Below are positions 1-11,500 of a DNA stretch of 64,000 bases, piece after piece. The DNA lies in contig OY968796.1 in NCBI GenBank assembly GCA_963695545.1, forward strand, positions 1,856,001 through 1,920,000. Reading direction: 5' to 3'. The stretch comes from Terriglobia bacterium. Its GTDB lineage: Bacteria; Acidobacteriota; Terriglobia; Acidiferrales; UBA7541. How positions within the stretch are numbered: position 1 is the first letter of the stretch; each line of letters opens with the position of its first letter. A model generated the notes under the pieces. That model had not been told where the DNA came from. It saw only the letters and a list, made by a program, of their open reading frames with translations, and ran no database searches. The position numbers were made by a program, and so were the translations under genes.

Positions 1-2
1 TC

Positions 3-242
3 CCGTATCAAGGAGCCAACTATTTCTCGGCGGAGGGCGAGGCCGATCGCGAGACGATCAATAAATGGATTCGCACCAGCGGCGCGTTTGACGCCGTAAT
101 CGATCTCGACGCCGCCACGCGCGATCCCCAGAAGCCCACGCAGTTCGCGCCATCCGACGACAGCGGCGATCATCTGCATCCAGGCGACGCGGGCTACAAA
201 GCGATGGCCGACGCCATCGACCTGAAATTGTTTCTGAAGTGA
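3..242 (+). CDS. SGNH/GDSL hydrolase, C-terminal fragment (truncated by window edge)
   Basis: Manual translation: PYQGANYFSAEGEADRETINKWIRTSGAFDAVIDLD...DSGDHLHPGDAGYKAMADAIDLKLFLK*; DHLHP is the SGNH block V DxxH motif. Confidence 0.8.
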   Translation, partial: PYQGANYFSAEGEADRETINKWIRTSGAFDAVIDLDAATRDPQKPTQFAPSDDSGDHLHPGDAGYKAMADAIDLKLFLK

Positions 243-249
243 TGAGCGC

Positions 250-765
250 GTGACGTCGAGTTCGTCAAGCGACGCGGAAGATTCGCCGAAGCGCGCGGAG
301 CATCGAGCCATGAAGCTTGAGATGGATGATGGGGCGATGCTCGCCGTGGCTCTGGCGGAGGCACGCAAGGGCCTGGCGGAAGGCGGCCTCCCGATCGGCG
401 CGGCTATTTTTGACGCGAGCGGAAAGCTTCTCGCCGCGGGACACAATCGTCGCGTGCAGGATGGCGATCCCGCGACGCACGCGGAAACCGACGCCTTCCG
501 CAGAGCGGGCCGCCAGCGCAGCTATCGCGATCTCGTGATGGTCACGACGCTTGCGCCTTGCTGGTATTGCAGCGGCCTGGTACGCCAATTCGGATTCGCA
601 AAGCTGATCGTGGGTGAGAGCCGCAATTTTCGCGGGGGCATGGATTGGCTGCGCTCGAACGGCATCGCAGTTGTCGATCTCGATTCCGAGGAATGCGCGG
701 CGCTGCTGGCGAATTACATCCGCGAAAATCCTGGGGTGTGGAACGAAGATATCGGGCGAGAGTGA
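250..765 (+). CDS. Zn-dependent nucleoside/cytosine deaminase (fungal FCY1-like); alternative start ATG 310
   Basis: HAE and PCxxC (HAETD, PCWYC) motifs; C-terminal WNEDIG resembles yeast cytosine deaminase. Confidence 0.85.
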   Translation: MTSSSSSDAEDSPKRAEHRAMKLEMDDGAMLAVALAEARKGLAEGGLPIGAAIFDASGKLLAAGHNRRVQDGDPATHAETDAFRRAGRQRSYRDLVMVTTLAPCWYCSGLVRQFGFAKLIVGESRNFRGGMDWLRSNGIAVVDLDSEECAALLANYIRENPGVWNEDIGRE

Positions 766-882
766 CGCTCAGCGCGCTGTGGGTGCTCGAGCGACGTGCC
801 CACGCGCCAAAATAGATCAGCGGCGACCGTCGCGTGATGGCCGCCGCTTCTTGTTGTTGAAAGTTTTTTTCAGGCTCTTCGG

Positions 883-3800
883 TCAGAATTGAAGCGCGAC
901 GGACAATTGGAACTCGCGCGGGCTGCCTATCGTCTTGTCGGTTATGCCCAAACCGCCGGGGCAGTTGTAGAAGGAGCCGTTCGTGGGGCCGCTGCCGGTG
1001 CAGGTGTTGGGCAACGCGGGCTGACCCTCGATTGGAAAGCCGTTGTAAAATTCGTTCTGGAAAACGTTGTCGATGGGGAGGTCAAAGCTCGGCGTGTTGG
1101 TAATGTTGTAGACGTCCAGGCTGACCCTTAAGTCGAGGCGCTCGCCGATCTTGGTCATTTTCACGACGGAAATGTTCGCGACGCGTTGCCAGGGCTGCCG
1201 GAAAATATTGCGCTCGCTGGTCTGGACGAAGTTCGTCTCGTATTCATCGCCGGGGGGAATGGCCCCGTTGAGCGCACCGGGAGCGAGCGTTTGAACGCCG
1301 AAGCACGAGACGTTCAGCGCGGGGTCGTTTGGATTCGTACCGTTTGTGCCGGTGACCGCGCTTTGGGCCGTGCAGTTGCCTACGAGGGGAACGACCGGGT
1401 TGGTGATCCCGTTGGCGACGCCGTAGAAGATGCTGCCGACGGCGCCGGTGTAGTCGACCACGCTGTAGGGCTGTCCGCTTTGGATCGTGACGATGCCATC
1501 AAGCGACCAACCATCGATGAAGACTCCCATCAACGACGCCTCCGGCGCGAAACTGTGCAGCTCGTATCGGAAGTCGAAGTTGATCACGTGGGTGCGGTCG
1601 AAGTCGGATAGTCCGTATGCACTGTGCAGATTGAGAGGATTATTGCCGTTGTAAAAGAGACCCATGGCACTCTGATCGTCCATCGATCGAGAAAGCGTGT
1701 AGGAGACGCCGGCCTGGAGACCGTGGCTCATGCGTTTTTCGAAGTGCATTTGCAGAGCGTTGTACACGGAGACGCCGGCGGCGGTATACATTTCCGACTC
1801 CCCCGCATAGCCGATATACGGAACGCGCAAATCGGTGTTGCCACCCTCAAAGGTCTCAAGCTCCTGCCCCTGACCGTTGGGGAGGGTGATGGGACTACAT
1901 CCAGCGGAACTCGAGCAGTCGGTAAGAACCGTGTAGCCGTACGTATAGTCCTGTCCGTGAATGGGTGCGGTAGGCGTGGCAATGCCCGGCTGGTTGAAAG
2001 GAATCGGAACCACTTCGTGGCGTCCGAGAGCATTCACGTATCCGATGTCGATAGCGATGTCGCTGCGCGGCTGCCACTGCACGTCGAAGGTGCTGGCGAT
2101 ACTGTACGGCAGCTTGTTGGTCGGCGCGTAGGAAGCCAAGGAAAGCGGCTGCGCGCCGTCTTCGATTGCAGCCATATTCGGCAGAGAGTTGACGATGGTC
2201 GCCGGATTTCCCGATGGAGCCGCTTCCTTGGTCGGGCCCCATGGATTTGCGAAGGAGTAGCCCTGGGAAGGATCGCAAATGGCCGGGAAGTAGAAGGTTG
2301 CTGTTTCCGCGGGGCAGACCTGCGTGGCCACGGCGGGAGGAGCCTGGTTCACGCCGAACGGTCCGCCGGTGGTCTCGCCCGCGGTATAGCCCGGCGATAG
2401 ATACGTAAACAGTTCTCCGCGATCGTAATAGATTCCCGATCCGGCTCGAATCACGAGTTTGTTGTCGAATTTCTTGGGACTCCAAGCAGCGCCGAAGCGA
2501 GGCGCGAAGCCATATTGCCGGCCCGTCAGGGTGGTCTTGCTCTCGCCGGGCGTTGGGAACTGTGCGTTGTTTCCGGCTACGACAATTCCGGTTTCAGGGT
2601 TGCCGTTTGAATCTGTGTTGAACGCATCTGTGTTTTCGTTAAAGGAATAGTCCCCCGGATTGAAGTTGTAGATGTGGCCGTATTTTTCGGTGAGGCCGCC
2701 ATCCCAATCGACGCGCAGACCGAAGGTCAGGCTGAGATTGCTGCGAATCTGAAATTTATCCTCAATATATTCACCCATTTGATTCGCGCGATAGTAGCGG
2801 CTGGCGTCGCCGACCAGGAACGAGGTGGTGTTGAAGTTGTAGCCGGGGATAGGTGTGACGATTCCCTGCAGGAAGTCGGAGAAAGTGGGGAAAGCGATCA
2901 TGCCCAACTGCGTGCGGTTGTCGCGCGTGTTCAGCTGGGTGTACGAGAAGTTCCCGCCGAAGGTGATGGTGTGCTTGTTGTGAATCCAAATCGCGTCGGC
3001 CGATGGCTCGAAGCGATTCTGGAACACGCCCGTCAAATCTCCCTGCGACGCCGAGCCGGCGCCAAAAGTCATGGCTTGCGTATAGGGTAGGGTAGACGTT
3101 TCTCCAAGTGTGTCCACGATGCTCATGCCAGGGAAAAAACTCGAGCCGAACGTGTTGATCGTGGAAGCTGCCGGTGTTGCGCCAGTGAGTTGCTCGACGT
3201 AAGTCGCCAGGCCGTTGGGAGTGAAGGGCTGGCTTTCGGAACTATAAAGCTTCTCGCGGTCGAAGCCGAAGATTTCCGTGACGCTCAGATTGGATCCAAT
3301 CATCTCCGAGTTGTTGAGCGAGAATACTTGGCTGCCGGCCGTGAGGTGCTGGGTGAATCCCGCGAAGCTCGAATAAGCGTACGGCGCGATGCTGGGATCA
3401 TCCTGGTAGTAATACTTGGCCGCCACGGTGTGCGTCGGGCTTGGGTCCCAATCGAGATCGGCGACGCCCTGATGCGCGATGAAATACGCAGTGCCCGGGA
3501 CAAGCGCATCTTCCGGAAATGCCGTCGAGGGCGTGCTTCCGTTAGCCGACGGGATCAGGTACTGGCCGTTGGGAAGCTTGTAATTCAAAAGTGCGTAGGC
3601 GATCGGATTGATGTCGCCGGTATTGAGCGTGTTTGCCTCGCAGGCTGTAGACTGGCACACGCTACCCGAGACAGTGTCAACCGATCCCACGAAGCCATCA
3701 GGGAACTCACTATTGGCTAAATTTGCCAAAGTTTGGGCGGAGCGATCGTTCGTAAGGCCCGGAGGAACGGTGGTGCGCGAAATGCCGATTTCCTGATCGG

Positions 3801-4878
3801 CGTCGTGGAGATTCTGGTAGCTGATGAAGTAAAAAAGTTTGTTCTTTTTGATCGGGCCACCGAGAGTTCCGCCTTCGACGAACCGGTTTAGGCCGGGGAC
3901 CTTTTGGTCAGTGGCGAGGTTCGGATCCGCGTTGAAAAAGAAGGGCGCGGCATTAAGCATATTCGTCTCGCCGTGAAAATATGCGCTGCCGTGAATCTCG
4001 TTGGTGCCCGAGCTCGTGCTCATATCGATGTGCGCTCCGCTGCTTGAGCCCTGTTGCGCGTCGTACATCGAGGCGTTCACGCGAACTTCAGCCAGAGTCT
4101 CAGGCGGGGGACTGGGCAGGGATTCGCCGATGGCGAGATAAGGAGAGGCGGTGCTCTGGACCGGGTCCGAACTAAGGTTGGAGGCGCCGCTTACACCGGT
4201 GTTGTTCACGATTCGAGCCGACGCCACTTGGCTGGTGCTCTTTCCATTGAAGAGGTTGCTGCCGTCAACGCCGTTGAGCAAGAAACTGTTGCTGGTGTCG
4301 CGCTGCCCATTGGCCCAGATGGGCGAATTGCCTAAGCCGGCGTTGGCTCCGCTCCCGCCGGATAGTTCGGCGTTCACGCCCGGAGTCAAGATGGCGACGC
4401 CGGTAAAGCTGCCGGTCGGCAGAGGAACGGCGCTGAGCTGGCTCGTATCGAGTACATAGCCATTCGTGGTGTCCACGGAATTGATTAGCGGAGTTTCGTT
4501 GACTGTGACGGTCTGGCCCACCGTACCGACCTGCAGCGTCGCGTCCACCGTCACCGTGCGGTTGGCTTGCACGAGGATGGACGGAATGTTCAACGTCTGG
4601 AATCCATCATGTGTGAACGTGAGGGTGTAGGTTCCGATGGGTAGATTCACAAAATTGTAGGTGCCGGAATCGTCGGTGGCCGCTGAGCGCTGCAATTTCG
4701 TCTGGTCACCCACGACCATTACCGAAGTTTTCGGCGCGACTGCGCCGGAAGTGTCTGTGACCACACCGTTGATGCTGCCGAGCGTCTGCTGCGCCCGCGC
4801 TCCCGTCGCGATTCCGAAAGCGATTGAAAAGAGGACAGATGAACACAGAAGGGAAAGCGCTCCACCCTTGAATTTCAT
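883..4878 (-). CDS. TonB-dependent receptor, Oar-like, with N-terminal carboxypeptidase-regulatory-like domain
   Basis: Signal peptide, GxVTDxSGA domain, SGTNEIHGS, GGPIKKNKLFYF, FAPRFGAAW, terminal Phe; start placed at MKFKGG after a GGAGG RBS. Confidence 0.9.
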   Translation of the reverse strand: MKFKGGALSLLCSSVLFSIAFGIATGARAQQTLGSINGVVTDTSGAVAPKTSVMVVGDQTKLQRSAATDDSGTYNFVNLPIGTYTLTFTHDGFQTLNIPSILVQANRTVTVDATLQVGTVGQTVTVNETPLINSVDTTNGYVLDTSQLSAVPLPTGSFTGVAILTPGVNAELSGGSGANAGLGNSPIWANGQRDTSNSFLLNGVDGSNLFNGKSTSQVASARIVNNTGVSGASNLSSDPVQSTASPYLAIGESLPSPPPETLAEVRVNASMYDAQQGSSSGAHIDMSTSSGTNEIHGSAYFHGETNMLNAAPFFFNADPNLATDQKVPGLNRFVEGGTLGGPIKKNKLFYFISYQNLHDADQEIGISRTTVPPGLTNDRSAQTLANLANSEFPDGFVGSVDTVSGSVCQSTACEANTLNTGDINPIAYALLNYKLPNGQYLIPSANGSTPSTAFPEDALVPGTAYFIAHQGVADLDWDPSPTHTVAAKYYYQDDPSIAPYAYSSFAGFTQHLTAGSQVFSLNNSEMIGSNLSVTEIFGFDREKLYSSESQPFTPNGLATYVEQLTGATPAASTINTFGSSFFPGMSIVDTLGETSTLPYTQAMTFGAGSASQGDLTGVFQNRFEPSADAIWIHNKHTITFGGNFSYTQLNTRDNRTQLGMIAFPTFSDFLQGIVTPIPGYNFNTTSFLVGDASRYYRANQMGEYIEDKFQIRSNLSLTFGLRVDWDGGLTEKYGHIYNFNPGDYSFNENTDAFNTDSNGNPETGIVVAGNNAQFPTPGESKTTLTGRQYGFAPRFGAAWSPKKFDNKLVIRAGSGIYYDRGELFTYLSPGYTAGETTGGPFGVNQAPPAVATQVCPAETATFYFPAICDPSQGYSFANPWGPTKEAAPSGNPATIVNSLPNMAAIEDGAQPLSLASYAPTNKLPYSIASTFDVQWQPRSDIAIDIGYVNALGRHEVVPIPFNQPGIATPTAPIHGQDYTYGYTVLTDCSSSAGCSPITLPNGQGQELETFEGGNTDLRVPYIGYAGESEMYTAAGVSVYNALQMHFEKRMSHGLQAGVSYTLSRSMDDQSAMGLFYNGNNPLNLHSAYGLSDFDRTHVINFDFRYELHSFAPEASLMGVFIDGWSLDGIVTIQSGQPYSVVDYTGAVGSIFYGVANGITNPVVPLVGNCTAQSAVTGTNGTNPNDPALNVSCFGVQTLAPGALNGAIPPGDEYETNFVQTSERNIFRQPWQRVANISVVKMTKIGERLDLRVSLDVYNITNTPSFDLPIDNVFQNEFYNGFPIEGQPALPNTCTGSGPTNGSFYNCPGGLGITDKTIGSPREFQLSVALQF

Positions 4879-5128
4879 AGGACAATGCCTCCGCATAAGA
4901 AAATCGCTATGCAAACACCCCATTTCTCCCGGTGCATTTGATCGGACGAAGTTAGAGTAAAACTGCGCCGATGTTTAGCGCATTCTTTCTATCGGAGCAA
5001 TCGATTATTTGTCTGGAGACAGACCGAGCGCCAGTTTTCTAAACGATTTCTAAAAACTGTGGATGGAAACGCGCCGCGAATGGAATTCGCCGAATGGCAA
5101 CGCCCAAAATGAACAGGAGGATCCAGCC

Positions 5129-6559
5129 TTAGTTGGCGGATGACACGCGCTCGCGGCGCGCCAGCAGGAACCAGACCATGCCGGCCGCCAGAACACCTAA
5201 ATAGACGTAGGGCAATTTCCCGTAAGGACCTTCGGGTACCGGATAGAGGTTCCCAATCAGCGCAAGAAGCATGGCGACGAAGGCCAGCCATGGGACGGTC
5301 TGCGCGCCGGCCCAATGCACGCCGCGGTCGCGCAAATATCGCGGAACTGCCACGCAGACCAGCGCGTAAGCTACGATAAATCCATAGGTAGCGAGCGATC
5401 CCATCCAGCCATAAACGTCGAGGCCGCTCGCGTGCCGCGCCGCAAGCACAGCGACGGGCAACATCGTGGCCGTGCCGGTGACGAGCACCGCGCGAACGGG
5501 TGTTTCCGTGCGCGCGTGCGTCGCGCGCAAACCGCCGTGGACTAATCCGTTGTGGGACATCAGCAGCAATACCCGCGCTGCCGCCGTGATGCACGCGAGC
5601 GTTCCGGCGAACATGCTCACCATCGCGCCGACGTCGATCAGCGTTCCAAACACCGGCACGCCGGCCACTTTCGCGAGCACGTGCATCGGCGCCTGGCTGC
5701 TGCCCAAATTTTGCCCAACGGTATGAAATCCCAGAACTTCCGTGTAGGCGCAGAGTGTAAAGAATACTCCGGCGATGATGGCGCTTTGGATCACGGCGCG
5801 CGGGATCGTCCGCAGTGGATTCACGGCCTCGGCTCCGAGCGTCGTCGCGCTCTCGAATCCCACGAAACTAAATAGCGCCAGTACGAGCCCGAGACGTAAT
5901 CCGCTGCCGGTCATGCCGCGGAGATGGAACTGCGCCATATCGGCGTGCGGCTCATGACGACCCAACACCAGCACGATCACCGAGAGGATAACGACGAGCG
6001 AGGCGGCCTCGAACCACAGCATCAGACGCGCGGAAATCTTGACGTCGCGCGCCGCGATGAATATGGAAAATCCGGTTACGATCAGCGTCAGCGCGACGGT
6101 GGAAATTGCCCGTCCCGAAGCCGCGCTCAGCAAAATGTTCGCGTAGTAATAGAAGCCGCCGGCGACGCTGGCTCCCGTGGCGATGTAAGCGAGCAGCAAG
6201 CTCCATGCCGCCACGGCCCCAAGCCACGGAGGCAAAATCATAGCCGCGTAGGTGTAAAGCGATCCCGGCGAAGACGAATAGCGCGCGAGGCGGCTGATGC
6301 ACAGCGCCACCAGCAGCACAGCCACCGTGGCCAGCAGATAAGCGAGCCACGTGCCGTTCCCCGCGAGGCCGCAAACCAGTGGAATTGTGGCCGCCGGAGT
6401 CGTGGTGGGAGCAATCGTGGAGACGGATTGAGCGAGCGTCTCCATCGGCGAAAGCACGCCGCGCCGCAAGCCATATCCGGCGGCTTGCGCGTCTTTCTCG
6501 GAAATGTTCTCAAGCAACGATCTATTGAGGTTGCCACTCGCGGGGGCGGGATCTTGCAT
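5129..6559 (-). CDS. APC family amino acid/amine permease
   Basis: About 12 hydrophobic segments; GSLYTY and FVGFESATTLGAEAVNPLRTIPRA motifs. Confidence 0.9.
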   Translation of the reverse strand: MQDPAPASGNLNRSLLENISEKDAQAAGYGLRRGVLSPMETLAQSVSTIAPTTTPAATIPLVCGLAGNGTWLAYLLATVAVLLVALCISRLARYSSSPGSLYTYAAMILPPWLGAVAAWSLLLAYIATGASVAGGFYYYANILLSAASGRAISTVALTLIVTGFSIFIAARDVKISARLMLWFEAASLVVILSVIVLVLGRHEPHADMAQFHLRGMTGSGLRLGLVLALFSFVGFESATTLGAEAVNPLRTIPRAVIQSAIIAGVFFTLCAYTEVLGFHTVGQNLGSSQAPMHVLAKVAGVPVFGTLIDVGAMVSMFAGTLACITAAARVLLLMSHNGLVHGGLRATHARTETPVRAVLVTGTATMLPVAVLAARHASGLDVYGWMGSLATYGFIVAYALVCVAVPRYLRDRGVHWAGAQTVPWLAFVAMLLALIGNLYPVPEGPYGKLPYVYLGVLAAGMVWFLLARRERVSSAN

Positions 6560-6685
6560 GCCGTACCATAGCGGCCTCGCGATTCTGACGCAAGATTTCG
6601 TTTGCGCCGATCGTGGATGTTCGCTCGAACGGAAGCCTTCGCCACAGAATACAACGCATCGATATTTTGCGCGTTCCCTCTTTCG

Positions 6686-6714
6686 TTGACGCTGCTACGC
6701 TCGCGGCCTATAGT
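6686..6714 (+). promoter_or_regulatory. sigma70-type promoter for the NCS2 permease
   Basis: TTGACG-N17-TATAGT, ending about 30 nt upstream of the TTG start. Confidence 0.7.
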
Positions 6715-6743
6715 GACCCTCATTTTTCGGGGGAGAACCCGAG

Positions 6744-8039
6744 TTGCTCGAGCGCATTTTTCACCTTCGCGAAAACAAGACCACGGTTCGCCGCGAGATG
6801 CTCGCCGGAATCACCACGTTTATGACCATGGGCTACGTCGTGGTGGTCAATCCGCGAATTCTCTCCGAGGCCGGTATGCCCGTCGAGGGAGTGCTTTTCG
6901 CCACGTGCATTTCTGCGGCTCTCGCTACGCTTGTGATGGGATTGTGGGCGAACTACCCGATTGCGCTGGCGCCCGGAATGTCGCTCAACGCGTATTTCAC
7001 CTACTCGATCGTGATCGGCCGGGGCGTGCCTTGGCAGACGGCGCTGGGCGTGGTTTTTCTTTCAGGCGTGCTGTTCCTGTTGCTCACGCTCACGAACATC
7101 CGCGAACAGATCGTCAACGGCATTCCGGATTGCCTGAAGCACGGCACGGCCGCGGGCATCGGTTTGTTCATTGCGTTTATCGGCCTGCGCAACGCCAACA
7201 TCATCGTGGCCAATCCCTCCACATTCGTGGCGCTTGGAAAAGCCAACGATCCGCGATTTCTGCTCGCCGCCGCAGGCGTGATCCTGATCGCTCTGCTGAT
7301 GGCCCGGCACGTGGGCAGCGCGATTCTGATCGGGATCGTGGCCATTACGCTCGCTGGCATTCCTCTGCACCTGAGCCAGTGGCCGCACCATTTTTTCTCG
7401 CTGCCGCATCCGGGCGGCACGTTTCTAAAACTGGATCTGCGCGCCGCCACGAAAATTGGGCTCGGCGAACTCGTATTCGTTTTTTTCTTTGTGGATCTGT
7501 TCGATAACGTCGGAACATTGGTGGGCGTTTGCGAGCAGGGAGGATTCTTGCGCGATGGCATACTTCCTCGCGCCAGCCGCGCGCTTCTCGCCGATGCTTT
7601 GGGCACCATCGTGGGGGCGCTCACGGGGACGTCCACAGTCACGAGTTACATCGAAAGCGCCGCGGGCGTCGCGGCGGGCGCGCGCACGGGCCTCGGCAAC
7701 GTCGCGATCGCCGGTCTGTTCGTCGGGGCGATGTTCTGCGCGCCGATTGTGGCTTGGATTCCGGCCTACGCAACAGCCCCTGCGCTGATTCTGGTGGGCG
7801 CGCTGATGTGCGGCGCCGTCGCGAGAGTTCGTTGGGACGATTTCACCGATGCATTCCCGGCGTTTCTCACCATCCTCGCGACGCCTCTTACCTTCAGCAT
7901 CGCCACGGGTCTCAGCCTCGGCTTGCTCTCCTTCACGATCCTTAAACTCGGCACAGGGCGGTACCGCGAGATCAGTCCGTTGATTTGGGTCTTGAGCGCC
8001 TTGTTTTTGCTTCGCTACATTTTCCTCGGAAGCGAATAG
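6744..8039 (+). CDS. NCS2 family nucleobase permease (AzgA/PbuG-like purine transporter)
   Basis: AGITTFMTM, NYPIALAPGM, FDNVGT, TSYIESAAGVAAGARTG motifs. Confidence 0.92.
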   Translation: MLERIFHLRENKTTVRREMLAGITTFMTMGYVVVVNPRILSEAGMPVEGVLFATCISAALATLVMGLWANYPIALAPGMSLNAYFTYSIVIGRGVPWQTALGVVFLSGVLFLLLTLTNIREQIVNGIPDCLKHGTAAGIGLFIAFIGLRNANIIVANPSTFVALGKANDPRFLLAAAGVILIALLMARHVGSAILIGIVAITLAGIPLHLSQWPHHFFSLPHPGGTFLKLDLRAATKIGLGELVFVFFFVDLFDNVGTLVGVCEQGGFLRDGILPRASRALLADALGTIVGALTGTSTVTSYIESAAGVAAGARTGLGNVAIAGLFVGAMFCAPIVAWIPAYATAPALILVGALMCGAVARVRWDDFTDAFPAFLTILATPLTFSIATGLSLGLLSFTILKLGTGRYREISPLIWVLSALFLLRYIFLGSE

Positions 8040-8502
8040 ACCCTTTCCCGGACGTGAACCGGGCGCCCCGCGGCCGCGCGCTTCGCACAGCGATGTCCGT
8101 CGCCGAAAGCCGCCCCCGGGGAAGCCACCTGGAGCGAGCGGTTGCAACCAAGGAAAACTAAATTTGCGCGCTCCCATACGGAATTGAACTCAAGTGTACG
8201 AAACGGGCCTCAAATTGAGGCGGCCGGAGCGCTTGAAGCGCCGTTCGAGTTGCGGCGTGGAGAGCTGTGGCCAGCAAGTTTCGTTTCGCATAGCAAAACA
8301 CGGAAAGGGCACGGCTTAAGTGCGCGACGGCGGAATCAACAATGAAAACAGGCATAAAGGGAGCGAGGGCGTTTTGTGCTACAAAACCCAGCGGAAATTG
8401 CAAATATGTATTGCAAACAGGGCCGAATTTATAGCAAAGTCCGCCGCACCACGGGGTGGTGGTGCACGTTCCAGTATTCCTGTGAATCTAGGAGGATTTT
8501 AG

Positions 8503-11500
8503 ATGCGCTACGTTGCCATCTGCTTTGCGCTGCTCGTCTCAGCGTGTACGGCTTTCGCCCAGACCGGCAGTACCGGCGACATTCAAGGTACGGTCACGGA
8601 TCCATCGGGCGCGGTCGTCGTTGGTGCCGCAGTCGACGCCACCAACGGCGCGACCGGAACCAACACGGCCACCGAAACCACCGACGCCGGATTCTTTGTG
8701 ATCCCGTTGCTGCTGCCTGGCCAATATACAATTACGGTCACAGCATCCGGCTTCCAAACTCTTAAGCAGGAGCATGTGATTGTCGACGCGCTGCAAACCG
8801 TGACGCTGAATCCCAAGTTGCAACTGGGCTCAGCCGCTCAATACGTCACCGTGTCGAGCCAGCCGACGATGCTGCAGGCGGACGACCAGAAGCTTGGCGG
8901 AGACGTCGAGAACAACGTTTACGATTCCCTTCCGCTCGCGATGGCCAATAACCAGGCGCGCGACCCTGCGTACTTCTCGAACCTTGTCAGCGGCGTCACG
9001 GACTCCGGCTTCCAGTCGTCCGGCACGGATTTGAACTCCTACAATGGCGGCCAGCAGTTCCAGAACGAAATCTACGTGGAAGGGCTCGCGCTCACCAGCA
9101 TCGGCACCGGTGGCGATACGCGCAACGTTTCGTTCGGAATGTCTGTGGAGGCCATTGAACAGTTTCAGGTCGTCACCTCCGGCGGCGAGGCCATGTATGA
9201 AGGCCAGGGCGAATCGAATTTCGTCATTAAGTCCGGAACGAACCAGTTCCATGGCGGACTTTTCGAATACTTCCGCAACACCGTATTCGACGCCCGGAAC
9301 TTCTTCCAGACCATCGCGCCACTCGAGCACCAGAACGAGTTCGGCGGCACGGTCGGCGGACCCGTCCTGAAGAACAAACTGTTTTTTTTCGGCAGCTATG
9401 ACGGCTATCGCTTTGAGACGGATATCGCGCCCGCATCCGATACTATCCCGACGACCGCCGAGCAAACTGGCGATTTCAGCCAAACTGGGCTGGTTCCGAT
9501 CTACAACAACAGCATCCCGTGTACGCTAGGGAGCGGCTGCACCCCCATCGGTACGCAGTTCGTGTGTCCGGCAACCAGTACCAACGTCGCCAACCGGGGT
9601 AAGCTCAATATCATTCCGGGCTCGCCAGCTTGCCCCGTCACTGGTTTGACGGACCCGATATCCACGGTTTCGCAATACTTGGCGTCGGCTCTGCCGACAC
9701 CCACCAACACTGCTATTGAGAACAATTACCTGGCTCAGGGATTGCTGTCGAAGACCATCCAGGACACCACTACTGAAAAGGTCGACTACAATCTTAACGA
9801 AAAGAACCGCCTTTTCTTCGTTTACAGCTATGGCCGATACTTGCAGCCAGGCACGGGCAGCTTTACGGCCGGCACTTCCGAACTGCCTCCACCCTATCTG
9901 CAAGCCAGGAGCAACCAGGAGTTCGTGAACACGGCCCAAATACACGAGACCTACACAATTAGCCCGACATTGGTGAATGATATCGGGATCCAATTTAGCC
10001 GTTTGCTGGTGCCTGAGATGAACATCACGGCGGCGGGCGATTGGCCAACTAAGGCCGGACTCACCGGCCTGCCGGCCGGCATCGCGAGCACGGCTTTCCC
10101 GATCGTCAACTTTGCCGATTCCTACCAGCCAATGCCGGTTTCGACCGCTACCACCAGTTCGTGGGCCGGGACGAACGCAAACGCCTCCACGGAAGCGCAA
10201 AACACCTACACCGTTCAGGACAGTGTACTGTGGACCAAGAACCGGAACCATTTCACTTTCGGTTTTCAATATCAGGCGCTTGAGGACAACGACAACAATC
10301 CGCTCACCGGCTCGCTGGCCACGTTCAACTTCAGCGTCAATGAAACCGCATGCGTTAACGTCGCTTGCGGATCGAGCGGCCAAGGAACGGTGTTGACCCA
10401 CACCGGCAACGCGTTCGCCAGTTACCTGTTGGGCGAGGTTGACTCCAGTTCTGTCGTCGAAGATACGGTGGCTGAAACCGGCGGCCGTTATCACGATTAC
10501 GCGCCATATGCTCAGGACGATATTAAAGTCACTGAACGCCTGACGGTGAACTTGGGGCTCCGCTGGGACATCTGGAGTCCCTACAATGAAGATTTCAACC
10601 GCATGTCATTCTTCAATCCCACTTTAAATAACCCGCTCGTCGGCTTGCCGGGAGCCTTGCAGTTCGCGGGCAATGGCACAGACAGTTGCCATTGCGCAAC
10701 TCCGGTGAGTTGGGATTTCAAGAACTTCGGGCCTCGCGTGGGCTTCGCCTACCGTATCGGCAGTAACACGGTGGTTCGCGGCTTCTACGGCATCTTCTAC
10801 GCGCACGCCGGCGGCGTTGGCGGACGCACAGACGGTCGCCAGGGGCTGCTGCTTATCGGAGATAACGGCACGGCTTCCGCATCCTCCACCGTCGGCGGCA
10901 ACCCCGCGTATAACTGGGGCTCGACGGCAATTGGGGGTACCAACGGTGTAATCCCCGGCGGCACGCTCAGCCCGCCATTCATCAATCCAAGCTATGGCAT
11001 CGGATTCATAAGCGCTTCCGCACCCGGAGCCGCGGCAATTGGCGCCGGTCCCGGTACTGCGCAAACGCTGAACTACGCCGACGCGCATGAAAGCGGCATC
11101 CCGCCCAGCTACCAGGACATCTCATTCGGTATAGAACATTCATTCACGCCCAATATGACGCTGGGCGTGAGCTACTCCGGTAGTCTCGGCCACCATTTGG
11201 CGGGCGCTGGCGTCGCCGGACCGCTCACTGACCAGATTCCGTTGGAGTATCTTCCGCTCCAAGGGCTTCTGGGATCCACTTTGACTGTGGCCAACGAAAT
11301 GTCGGCGTATGCCATCCTCAATCCGCTGGGCATCGCGCCCTCGTGGATGAACGCCGCCGGCACGGGAGTGCCGTTCACGTTCTACACCGGAACGGTCGGG
11401 CAATCCCTCAAGCCATTTCCCCAGTATTCCAGCATCTCAAATCCATGGATTGATGTGGGAAATTCGGCCTACAACTCCCTTCAGGTAACTTTCAACCGCC

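Noticed and set aside
250..765. tadA (tRNA adenosine deaminase)
   Set aside because: Lacks TadA-type EVPVGA and TLEPCxMCAGA context; the C-terminus resembles cytosine deaminase
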